A stretch of DNA of 64,000 nt from a virus (lineage: Duplodnaviria > Caudoviricetes). The position numbers and the translations under genes were made by a program. Below are positions 19,443 to 27,147 of the stretch, piece by piece (positions within the stretch are counted from its first letter, which is position 1; every line of letters begins with the position of its first letter). The notes beneath the pieces are model-generated. The model was not told the DNA's origin. It did not search any database and worked only from the letters and a program-made list of their open reading frames with translations. Location of the stretch: positions 64,001 through 128,000 of the IMG/VR virus record IMGVR_UViG_3300023174_000048. The stretch is one strand, 5' to 3'.

Positions 19443-19763
19443 ATGAGTGATACCATAGTTCACTTTTGGGAAAGTATAGCAACTACTAGTATTGGTATCA
19501 TTATTACTATGATTGGTTTTTGGGTGGCAATAGGCAAAAATATGGCCACAAAGTCAGAAGTTGCTGAAATGATAGAAACAAAATCTCCATATTTACATGA
19601 TAGACAGTTTATTATGGAAAGGCTTGCTGTGAACAAAGAAACACAGGCAGCATTAACAAATATGTTGCAACGCAATACAGAAGTTATGAATGAACTTAAA
19701 ATTCAAATAGCAACACTTGGTAAAACATTAGAAGCACTAGAAGAAAGAATAGAAAGAACTTGA
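19443..19763 (+). CDS. single-TM plus coiled-coil protein (holin/spanin-like or structural)
   Basis: Hydrophobic aa 12-30, C-terminal heptad pattern. Confidence 0.55.
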   Translation: MSDTIVHFWESIATTSIGIIITMIGFWVAIGKNMATKSEVAEMIETKSPYLHDRQFIMERLAVNKETQAALTNMLQRNTEVMNELKIQIATLGKTLEALEERIERT

Positions 19764-19771
19764 GGTAAAAT

Positions 19772-19963
19772 ATGGCAACTGATATTGAACTAATAAATAC
19801 TAATAATCCAATTAAAAATGGAACAACAGTAACAACTTGTTCGTTCTCTGGTAAATATAATACTATAAATACATATGTTAATAACAAACCACCTATTGCA
19901 GATATAGAATCCAAATATGATGAATTATTTGATGATATCACCTACTATATACTAGGCAGCTGA
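19772..19963 (+). CDS. hypothetical protein
   Basis: GAGG RBS, operon context. Confidence 0.55.
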   Translation: MATDIELINTNNPIKNGTTVTTCSFSGKYNTINTYVNNKPPIADIESKYDELFDDITYYILGS

Positions 19964-19965
19964 TT

Positions 19966-21291
19966 ATGACCACTAATCGTTTTTCTTTATCGTCTGATAT
20001 AAATGAACTGCCATCTTCTGTTTCTGTAAGTGGTAGCGATCTATTTGCCTTCTCTGATGACCCAGCCTCAGCAGTAGTAACAAAAAAAATCACTTTCAAT
20101 AATTTTAGAAGCTCTATACTAAATCAAGCTGCAACTTTACAATTAAGACAGGGTCTTGATTCAGAAAGGCTGCTGGTAACTCCATCAGTAGCAGAACCTT
20201 TATGGACAACCGATACCCAAAAATTATATGTTGGTGACGGATCTACAGTTGGCGGAATAGTAATCTCATCTCCAATAGTTGAAATCTCTGGTAATAATAT
20301 AACAAAATTTAATAATATATTAGGAAACGGAAATCTATGTTTAGGATCAGGAAACTCAATAATTTCATCACGGCTTGGTCCAAGTTTTGACTATAACGGT
20401 ATTTATCATGCTAACACTTGTACTGCAAGCGGTATAAGTATCGCAATTTTAGCTGGGGCTAGCTGTGTTGCTAGTGGTACTTATACATCTATTTTTAATG
20501 GACTTAGCAATACTGCTGGATCATTAAGCTCTAATCACGCTACCATAATTAATGGTCTAAGAAATACTATACCATCTTCTAATAATTATGGGTTGATATG
20601 CAATGGAAGTTTTAATACTAGTACGGGTCTTCATGCATCTATTATAAATGGATTTGGTAATTCTGTTATTTCATCATATACTTTTGTTGGAAATGGATCC
20701 CAAAATACAGCAACCGCTAACTATTCTAGCATTATTAATGGTCAAAACAACATTGCTAGCGGTATAAATTCATGTATTTTAGGGGGCCAATCCGCAAAAA
20801 CTACTTTACACGGAGAAGTAGCACAAGCTGCTGGTAGCTTCACTTCTGCTGGAGATGCACAGAGATCAACCATAGTGCTAAGAGCCGAAACCTCAAGTAA
20901 TACATCAAATGTAATTTTAACTACAGATGGATCTGCATCTCTTATAACGTCGCCAAGCAACACCACTTCAAGAAATTTTATATTTTTACCAGATAAAACT
21001 ACGTTAAATTTTAATATACAAATTAGTGCTTACAATGACACAGATACTGCTTCGGCTGTATGGAATTTTGTTGGAGGTATTAAAAGAGGAGTTGGTGCTG
21101 GTACTACCTCTTTGATTCAAACACCAACTGAAACAAGCTGGAAAGATACTGGTATGAATTCGGCTTTAGCAAGCGTAGCAGCAGACACCACCAATGGAGG
21201 ATTGTCTATTAGAGTTACTGGATTAGCAACTAAAAATATTAGATGGGTTGCAGCAGTAGATTATTGTATAGTTAGTTATGGAACACCATAA
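19966..21291 (+). CDS. tail fibre / receptor-binding protein
   Basis: LQLRQG..EP.WTTDTQKLYVGDG (Mtd-N/hyaluronidase-N-like motif); repeated SIING..N beta-roll units. Confidence 0.75.
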   Translation: MTTNRFSLSSDINELPSSVSVSGSDLFAFSDDPASAVVTKKITFNNFRSSILNQAATLQLRQGLDSERLLVTPSVAEPLWTTDTQKLYVGDGSTVGGIVISSPIVEISGNNITKFNNILGNGNLCLGSGNSIISSRLGPSFDYNGIYHANTCTASGISIAILAGASCVASGTYTSIFNGLSNTAGSLSSNHATIINGLRNTIPSSNNYGLICNGSFNTSTGLHASIINGFGNSVISSYTFVGNGSQNTATANYSSIINGQNNIASGINSCILGGQSAKTTLHGEVAQAAGSFTSAGDAQRSTIVLRAETSSNTSNVILTTDGSASLITSPSNTTSRNFIFLPDKTTLNFNIQISAYNDTDTASAVWNFVGGIKRGVGAGTTSLIQTPTETSWKDTGMNSALASVAADTTNGGLSIRVTGLATKNIRWVAAVDYCIVSYGTP

Positions 21292-22586
21292 TGATAGAAG
21301 CTCAAAATATACCTCTGAATTGTGGTGTTATATCCCAGAGCTCATCCTATCTGTTTAAAAAACCAGATATTGGTGGAGATAGAATAAAAATTACAGCACA
21401 ACCCCAAGTTAGAATAATTAATTCTGCTGGTTCTGGTTATACTACAAATTATGATGCTACAATATTTAGATATACTAATTCATCTAATATAACTGATTTT
21501 AATATAAATCTATATCAATTAAATAATATACCAGTAACAGTATACAGTACAGATAATTCTATTTTATTAAACTTAAATTCTAATAATTCAGTTTGTTCAG
21601 GTGTTCCTACAGCAAGTACTTCCACAAGAAATGTAAATATTATAGCCAGTGGAACAAATACATCAACAGATTTTAATATAGCAGAAGTAACAGTACTATG
21701 TAATGTGGGAACACAAACAGATGCTTTTTGTGAGTTTATACCTGGAAGCTTGGCAAAAAATTGTTCTGATAATGTCGATAATAGACTATTAAATAAAAAC
21801 CCAGCTATAGCAAAAGATATTTATAGTACTCAAAACCATTCAACTTCTACATACGTTAGAAATACTAATTGTTGGGCTTATGATTTAGATTTAACTTGCA
21901 TGAGTCCTTGGAATACAACTGGAGCAAATACTAGGGCCGGAACTCTTATTAGCCCAAGCCATTTAGTTTTTGCAACTCATTATCAAATAGATATAGGGGC
22001 TAAAGTTAGATTTATCACTAGCAATAATGTTGTTATAGAAAGAACATTAATAGATAAAATTGTTATCTATGCAGATGTCTGCTTGGGACTTTTAGATTCT
22101 GACGTACCAAATTCTATTAGTTTTGCTAAATTGTTACCTTCTAATTGGTCTACATATTTGCCTACATTTTATAGAAACAGGAATGGTAAGACCATCTATA
22201 GACTTCCAATACTATCTTTAGATCAAGAAGAAAAAGCTTTAGTAAAAGAATTGGTATACGTGGATCCATTAGGCACTGGTGCATATACACAGCAACCAAC
22301 ACAAAATTATCTTGATCCCAATAATAATTATTATAATACGTATCCAAATAGAATATTATTTCATGAATCAACAATAGATGGAGATAGTGGCAACCCATCA
22401 TTTTTAATCATCAATAATCAATTGGTTTTGATAATAACGTGGACCGGACCAGACGCTGGACCATTCTATAGTAGTTTTATAAGTACATTAAATACTAATA
22501 TGAATCTACTTTGGACAAGAAATAATAGATCAGGAGCCTCTTACTCTGTCACAACAGTAGATTTAACGGGATTCACATCATTTTAA
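21291..22586 (+). CDS. virion-associated protein with trypsin-like (chymotrypsin fold) serine protease domain
   Basis: GTLISPSHLVFATHY (His), DVCLG (Asp), GDSGNP (Ser). Confidence 0.75.
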   Translation: MIEAQNIPLNCGVISQSSSYLFKKPDIGGDRIKITAQPQVRIINSAGSGYTTNYDATIFRYTNSSNITDFNINLYQLNNIPVTVYSTDNSILLNLNSNNSVCSGVPTASTSTRNVNIIASGTNTSTDFNIAEVTVLCNVGTQTDAFCEFIPGSLAKNCSDNVDNRLLNKNPAIAKDIYSTQNHSTSTYVRNTNCWAYDLDLTCMSPWNTTGANTRAGTLISPSHLVFATHYQIDIGAKVRFITSNNVVIERTLIDKIVIYADVCLGLLDSDVPNSISFAKLLPSNWSTYLPTFYRNRNGKTIYRLPILSLDQEEKALVKELVYVDPLGTGAYTQQPTQNYLDPNNNYYNTYPNRILFHESTIDGDSGNPSFLIINNQLVLIITWTGPDAGPFYSSFISTLNTNMNLLWTRNNRSGASYSVTTVDLTGFTSF

Positions 22587-22601
22587 TGTCAATAATATTA
22601 C

Positions 22602-22613
22602 GGTGTATGTTAA
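22602..22613 (+). promoter_or_regulatory. GGTGTA motif, putative phage promoter
   Basis: Intergenic GGTGTATGTTAA, 32 nt upstream of 22634. Confidence 0.55.
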
Positions 22614-22633
22614 TATAACATGGAGAAATTATA

Positions 22634-22957
22634 ATGATTAAACCTGGTTATAGAACAAGCGAATTTTGGTTCACACTAGTAAGTTTCATTTTTAGTGGAG
22701 CTTATTTATTTGGAGTATTAGACGACTTTACTCAAAAAGAGGATCTAATACAAGAAACAAGCAAAGGATTAGAAGCTGCTATATTAATCATAGGCCAATT
22801 AACATTATTATTTAAATATATCAAAGGAAGAACAGATCTTAAAAAGACTTGGTGGAGCACAGCAACACCAGAAGAGAGAAAAACCGCTAATAGAAGAAAT
22901 GTTAAATCTAAAGTTAAAAAGAAAATTAAAAAACCAATTCAGCCCAAAGTAGAGTAG
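22634..22957 (+). CDS. holin-like membrane protein
   Basis: KPGYRTSEFW then two hydrophobic segments and a basic C-terminus. Confidence 0.55.
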   Translation: MIKPGYRTSEFWFTLVSFIFSGAYLFGVLDDFTQKEDLIQETSKGLEAAILIIGQLTLLFKYIKGRTDLKKTWWSTATPEERKTANRRNVKSKVKKKIKKPIQPKVE

Positions 22958-22969
22958 ACAAGGTTTCTG

Positions 22970-22981
22970 GGTGTATTATAA
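22970..22981 (+). promoter_or_regulatory. GGTGTA motif, putative phage promoter
   Basis: Intergenic GGTGTATTATAA upstream of 23014. Confidence 0.55.
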
Positions 22982-23013
22982 TATATAGGGCGTTTTCAAA
23001 AAGGACATTTTAT

Positions 23014-23457
23014 ATGCCAGAAGCAGCTTCAATATACTCAATAAAAATAAAATTAGATGAATTCATGACTCAGGTTAAAACTTCTTTAGGAGAGGTTAAA
23101 TCTGTTGCAATATCTCAAGCCTGGAAAATTCTACAACTTGCTGTTGCTCAAACGGTACAAGTGTTAGAACAGAATACTAGTAATTTGTCTGGACCAGATA
23201 AAAAAGCTATGGCTATGGACTATTTGTCAAAATTTTATGATAGTGTTTTTACTATTATTGACGTTCCTATGATCCCAAATTTCATTCAACCAATTATTCG
23301 TCAATATGTAAAAGTATTTTTAATGGCACTAGTAAGCTCAAGTATTGATGCTATGGTCACAACCTTCAGACAAGTTGGAGTCTTTAAAACACAACCAGTA
23401 GTTTCACAATCTATCAAGTCTAACCCTAAAGTTAAAAGAGCGAGGAAAAAGAAATGA
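23014..23457 (+). CDS. amphipathic helical hypothetical protein
   Basis: ORF track; basic tail; ATGA overlap. Confidence 0.65.
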   Translation: MPEAASIYSIKIKLDEFMTQVKTSLGEVKSVAISQAWKILQLAVAQTVQVLEQNTSNLSGPDKKAMAMDYLSKFYDSVFTIIDVPMIPNFIQPIIRQYVKVFLMALVSSSIDAMVTTFRQVGVFKTQPVVSQSIKSNPKVKRARKKK

Positions 23458-23837
23458 ATTATACAGAAAGTTTTGAGCAGTTTGCTAGCAGAGTAACACC
23501 AACTGATTTAGCCCTATATGCTGGAGCAGGAATTATCCTATGGATTCTATTCAAAGATAAACTAAGTCCAGTACAAAAATTCTTAGGAGACTTGATTGGT
23601 GGATTAAAGTCAAAACTTAATAATGGATCATCAGTTGTTCCTGTTGTTGTTCCAGATGTTGCTCCTGTTGTAGTATCTAAAGAAACCAAAGAAGATACTT
23701 TTTTCAAATTAGTAGTTTCTTGGAAACAAACTAGGGATTTAGCAGTTAAGAGCGGATGCGATGAGGCTGTTAAAGTTGCTGATCAAATGTTTCCATTTTT
23801 AAGTCCAACCGTTTGCTCAAAGGAAAAAAGTGTATGA
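23454..23837 (+). CDS. single-TM hypothetical protein
   Basis: LALYAGAGIILWILF hydrophobic segment; Val/Pro repeat linker. Confidence 0.65.
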   Translation: MNYTESFEQFASRVTPTDLALYAGAGIILWILFKDKLSPVQKFLGDLIGGLKSKLNNGSSVVPVVVPDVAPVVVSKETKEDTFFKLVVSWKQTRDLAVKSGCDEAVKVADQMFPFLSPTVCSKEKSV

Positions 23838-24334
23838 ATCCCAAACTTAAAACAGGCCTTTTAATACTTGCTCTTGCATTATTAGGAATCGGCATACTAA
23901 AACCAGATCTGGGTTCTTTCAATAATCCAGTATCTCCTTCGGCTGTTATTGAATTGGATGTTAAGGAGCCAGAATCAGTAGAACTCAAAGAAAAAGCAGA
24001 TGCTGTGATTAAAGCATTATCTGTTGACTCTGATCGTAAAACTGATGGTTTGCGATTAGCCTATTTATATAATGATATGGCAACTTTAGTGGGTCTTGAT
24101 GGAGATGATGAAGTTATTAAGAATACTGAAGAAATTAGACAGGCCAATAGACTAGCCGGTTTAATGCTAAGATTAGATATTAAAGGTAAGTATGAAGACC
24201 TTCCAGAAGCTGCTCAAGCTTTAGTATTAACAGCAATTGGCGATGATAATGTTCTATTAAATAAAGACCTTAGAGATAAAGCTGTTGATGGTTTCAAAGC
24301 TTTGTCATGGGCCTGTTTACAAGGAAGCAAATAA
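23834..24334 (+). CDS. N-terminally anchored/secreted hypothetical protein
   Basis: ATGA overlap gives start 23834; signal-like LLILALALLGIGIL. Confidence 0.65.
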   Translation: MNPKLKTGLLILALALLGIGILKPDLGSFNNPVSPSAVIELDVKEPESVELKEKADAVIKALSVDSDRKTDGLRLAYLYNDMATLVGLDGDDEVIKNTEEIRQANRLAGLMLRLDIKGKYEDLPEAAQALVLTAIGDDNVLLNKDLRDKAVDGFKALSWACLQGSK

Positions 24335-25260
24335 TGCCAAGATTTTCACCACAAGAATTATATGATAATTATCGCAAAGGTTTTAGTGGATGCTTGTGGG
24401 AGCAGCATGTATTTGACGGACTGATGCAAAATAGCAAGTATCCATTATTTGGCGATGCTAGCAAAAAAATTAAAAGTAGTGGTAAGGGTAAATTGTCAAC
24501 ACCATACAAGAGTGTTCTAAAATTTGAGAAAAGTCCTTACAATGAAAGACAAACTACTGGAGATTGTGTTAGTCATGGAACACGAAATGCTTGTGATGTT
24601 AGTCGGGCTGTCGAAATAGATGTAAATGGAGAAAAAGAAGCTTGGGTGGCTAAAGGAGCAACAGAAGCTATTTATGGAGCAAGAGGTCATGGTGGAGAAG
24701 GAATGAGTTGCTCTAGGGCTGCTGAATTTGTTAGTAAAAATGGCGGCATAATACTAAGACAAAATTATAAGGGAGTAGCCGACTTTACTAAGTATAATGG
24801 TAATCTAGGGGCTGGTTGGGGAGGACGAGGATTACCAGATAAGGTTATTGACTTAGCTAATGACCATCAAATTAAAACAACAAGTTTAATAAAAACAGTA
24901 GAAGAAGCAAGAGATGCTTTAGCTAATGGTTATGGTTTAGCAGTATGTTCTAATTATGGATTTAGTAATAAACGAGACAAGAAGGGCATTGCGAATACTA
25001 GTGGAAGCTGGGGCCATTGTATGGCTTGGATAGCATGCGATGATACCGGCAGTGAACCACTATTCTTAGTTCAAAATAGCTGGGGAAAATGGAATGATGG
25101 TGGCCATCCAGAATGGGGCCCCATACCAGACGGCAGTTTTTTAATACGAGCCGACGTAGCAGCAGGGATGCTTTCACAAAATGGAAGTTATGCGTTTAGT
25201 AATTTTGACGGATTCCCTGTACAAAAGCTACCATCTTACGGTTTTGAAGACTATCTATAA
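24334..25260 (+). CDS. papain-family (C1A-like) cysteine peptidase
   Basis: QTTGDCVSH (oxyanion Gln, catalytic Cys), GHCMA (His), QNSWG (Asn); TAATG overlap start. Confidence 0.85.
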   Translation: MPRFSPQELYDNYRKGFSGCLWEQHVFDGLMQNSKYPLFGDASKKIKSSGKGKLSTPYKSVLKFEKSPYNERQTTGDCVSHGTRNACDVSRAVEIDVNGEKEAWVAKGATEAIYGARGHGGEGMSCSRAAEFVSKNGGIILRQNYKGVADFTKYNGNLGAGWGGRGLPDKVIDLANDHQIKTTSLIKTVEEARDALANGYGLAVCSNYGFSNKRDKKGIANTSGSWGHCMAWIACDDTGSEPLFLVQNSWGKWNDGGHPEWGPIPDGSFLIRADVAAGMLSQNGSYAFSNFDGFPVQKLPSYGFEDYL

Positions 25261-25290
25261 TATAGTGGCCTAAAAGCTAACCTTAGGTTT

Positions 25291-25302
25291 GGTGTATTAT
25301 AT
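25291..25302 (+). promoter_or_regulatory. GGTGTA motif, putative phage promoter
   Basis: Intergenic GGTGTATTATAT, 33 nt upstream of 25324. Confidence 0.55.
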
Positions 25303-25323
25303 TTATACCTTTAGGGTTATATT

Positions 25324-25518
25324 ATGAAACTTTTAGATAGAATTGCTTTAAATAATCTATTACGAATAATAAGAGATCTTATTATACGAATGGTTGACTT
25401 TTTTGAAAAACAACAAAAACCAGTTAAGCCACAGCCCAAACCAAGTCCTAATAGACCTCGACCTTTGAAAAATATTATCGACTTGATACCTGTTCCATGG
25501 AGAACAAAAGATGAATAA
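25324..25518 (+). CDS. small Pro-rich hypothetical protein
   Basis: ORF track. Confidence 0.55.
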   Translation: MKLLDRIALNNLLRIIRDLIIRMVDFFEKQQKPVKPQPKPSPNRPRPLKNIIDLIPVPWRTKDE

Positions 25519-25858
25519 AATACTATTACCAATTTTAGCAGTTGCTATGATATTTGGCTCATATGGATATCACGGATCAACAACTTCCGCAGTAACTCTT
25601 GTGGGCGGCATTGTTAAAGCACAACATACTGAGAGTGTAAAAAAATATAGACGCAAAGATTGTCCAGTATGTAAGGGTACTGGCTATTATATTAGTGGAG
25701 ATAAAATTACAAAAGTAAATTGTGGATATTGTATTCCTGACAAGAGTGATGCTCCAAAAAATCAAGTACAAAAAGAATATCCAAAAGTTATTGTTCATCC
25801 TCCAGCAACTATTCAACAAAATTGCCCAGATGGTGTTTGTCCAATTCCTAAAAAATAA
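25511..25858 (+). CDS. secreted/anchored zinc-finger protein
   Basis: Signal-like N-terminus; CPVCKGTG..CGYC (DnaJ-type finger); C-terminal CPDGVCP. Confidence 0.65.
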   Translation: MNKILLPILAVAMIFGSYGYHGSTTSAVTLVGGIVKAQHTESVKKYRRKDCPVCKGTGYYISGDKITKVNCGYCIPDKSDAPKNQVQKEYPKVIVHPPATIQQNCPDGVCPIPKK

Positions 25859-25868
25859 AGGCATAACA

Positions 25869-26267
25869 ATGGACGATAATCTCAGAGAAAAATTAAAAGC
25901 TATAGCAGAAAAAGTGTTAAGACAAGCAAATGTGCCAAATGATGAAAAATTTGGTAGTGTTATTGCTATACTAATGATGATTAGTATAATACTCACAGTA
26001 ATTAGAGTATTACAAGAATGCAATAAAAATAAAACACAAGATATGACATCAGAGAACAAACAATCCCTCTATGCTGAAAATATCAGATCTTATAGCAAAA
26101 GGCGTGGTTGGTTTACTAGACTAAGAATAAAAAGAATTCTTAAAAGAGAACTGACCTCAGAAGAATATAATAAATATGGCATTAAATTAACAGAAGCATT
26201 GTTAGATATAGGAGAAACCCTCAAGGATGATGAAGTATCAACTCTAATGGAGGCAGCAAATGTTTAG
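25869..26267 (+). CDS. single-TM hypothetical protein
   Basis: In-frame ATG 25869 with AAGG upstream; VIAILMMISIILTVI. Confidence 0.65.
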   Translation: MDDNLREKLKAIAEKVLRQANVPNDEKFGSVIAILMMISIILTVIRVLQECNKNKTQDMTSENKQSLYAENIRSYSKRRGWFTRLRIKRILKRELTSEEYNKYGIKLTEALLDIGETLKDDEVSTLMEAANV

Positions 26268-26514
26268 TTTATTAATATGGTGTGTTTATGGTATATTTAC
26301 CGGCAGTATTGCCAAGGCCCTAGTTCCTGGGGAAGAAAATTTTGGTTTTGTAAAAACAGTAGCGCTAGGAGTTGCTGGATCTTATATGGGAGGAGCCATA
26401 TTATATATGTTAGGAAAATATGAGTCATTATCTCCAACTGGTTTATTTATGGGAGTGGCAGGATCAGTTCTAACTCTGGTGCTGTATAACAAACTCGCCA
26501 CAAAACCATCTTGA
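26260..26514 (+). CDS. GlsB/YeaQ/YmgE (transglycosylase-associated) membrane protein
   Basis: G..AK.LVPG...G...T..LGVAGS..GG three-TM glycine pattern. Confidence 0.8.
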   Translation: MFSLLIWCVYGIFTGSIAKALVPGEENFGFVKTVALGVAGSYMGGAILYMLGKYESLSPTGLFMGVAGSVLTLVLYNKLATKPS

Positions 26515-26538
26515 CTTATTGCACGGATCGCATATAAT
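26511..26538 (+). promoter_or_regulatory. host sigma70-type promoter, probably leaderless transcript
   Basis: TTGACT-16 nt-TATAAT; ATG begins 7 nt after the -10 box; no RBS. Confidence 0.75.
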
Positions 26539-26544
26539 ACTGTC

Positions 26545-27012
26545 ATGCGACCATCATGGACAGATTACTTTTTAGGCTTGGCAAAAGTTGTTTCTCAACG
26601 AAGCCATGACATCCAAACTCAACATGGTTGTGTGATTACAGATAACCATAATAGGATATTAGGTGTTGGTTATAATGGATTTGCTCGTGGTCTTGATGAT
26701 ACTAAATTGCCAAATATTAGGCCAGACAAATATCCATGGATGATTCACGCAGAAAGAAATGCTTTGTCAAATTGTATTGTTAGGCCAGATAGTGGAATAG
26801 CATATGTTACTGGCCAATGTTGCAATGACTGCATTATGGCATTATGGCAGGAAGGTGTGACAAAAGTATTTATGATCGATGATCATGGAACAAAATTATT
26901 TGATACCGAAGCAAAAAATAGATTTGATACATTTGTAAATATGAGCGGTATAGAAATTTTTTATCTTAAACCAGATTTGTCATGGCTCAAAGATTTGTGT
27001 GGTGTATTATGA
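26545..27012 (+). CDS. dCMP deaminase
   Basis: GVGYNG, HAERNA, CCNDC zinc ligands. Confidence 0.9.
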   Translation: MRPSWTDYFLGLAKVVSQRSHDIQTQHGCVITDNHNRILGVGYNGFARGLDDTKLPNIRPDKYPWMIHAERNALSNCIVRPDSGIAYVTGQCCNDCIMALWQEGVTKVFMIDDHGTKLFDTEAKNRFDTFVNMSGIEIFYLKPDLSWLKDLCGVL

Positions 27013-27146
27013 ATGCATTAGTATATTATATATCATGTGGAATATATTTCTACAACAGGTGGTTTAATGGTAGCTCAGAAACTACAGATCTTTCTTTTCA
27101 AGCCACTGTCTTAATAGGCATAATTGTAATTTTAAATAGGAGATAG
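27009..27146 (+). CDS. 45-aa hydrophobic peptide (absent from ORF track)
   Basis: Translated by hand: MNALVYYISCGIYFY...VLIGIIVILNRR; ATGA overlap; ends 1 nt before nrdJ. Confidence 0.55.
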   Translation: MNALVYYISCGIYFYNRWFNGSSETTDLSFQATVLIGIIVILNRR

Positions 27147-27147
27147 T

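Noticed and set aside
14079-27006. GGTGTA copies inside coding regions (about 14079, 17786, 27001)
   Set aside because: Explained by codons, and a few chance copies are expected; not counted as promoter evidence.
27040-27130. tRNA-like sequence (GGTTTAATGGTAGCTCAG)
   Set aside because: No acceptor stem or T-arm (GTTCRA) found; the region is better explained by a coupled 45-aa ORF.
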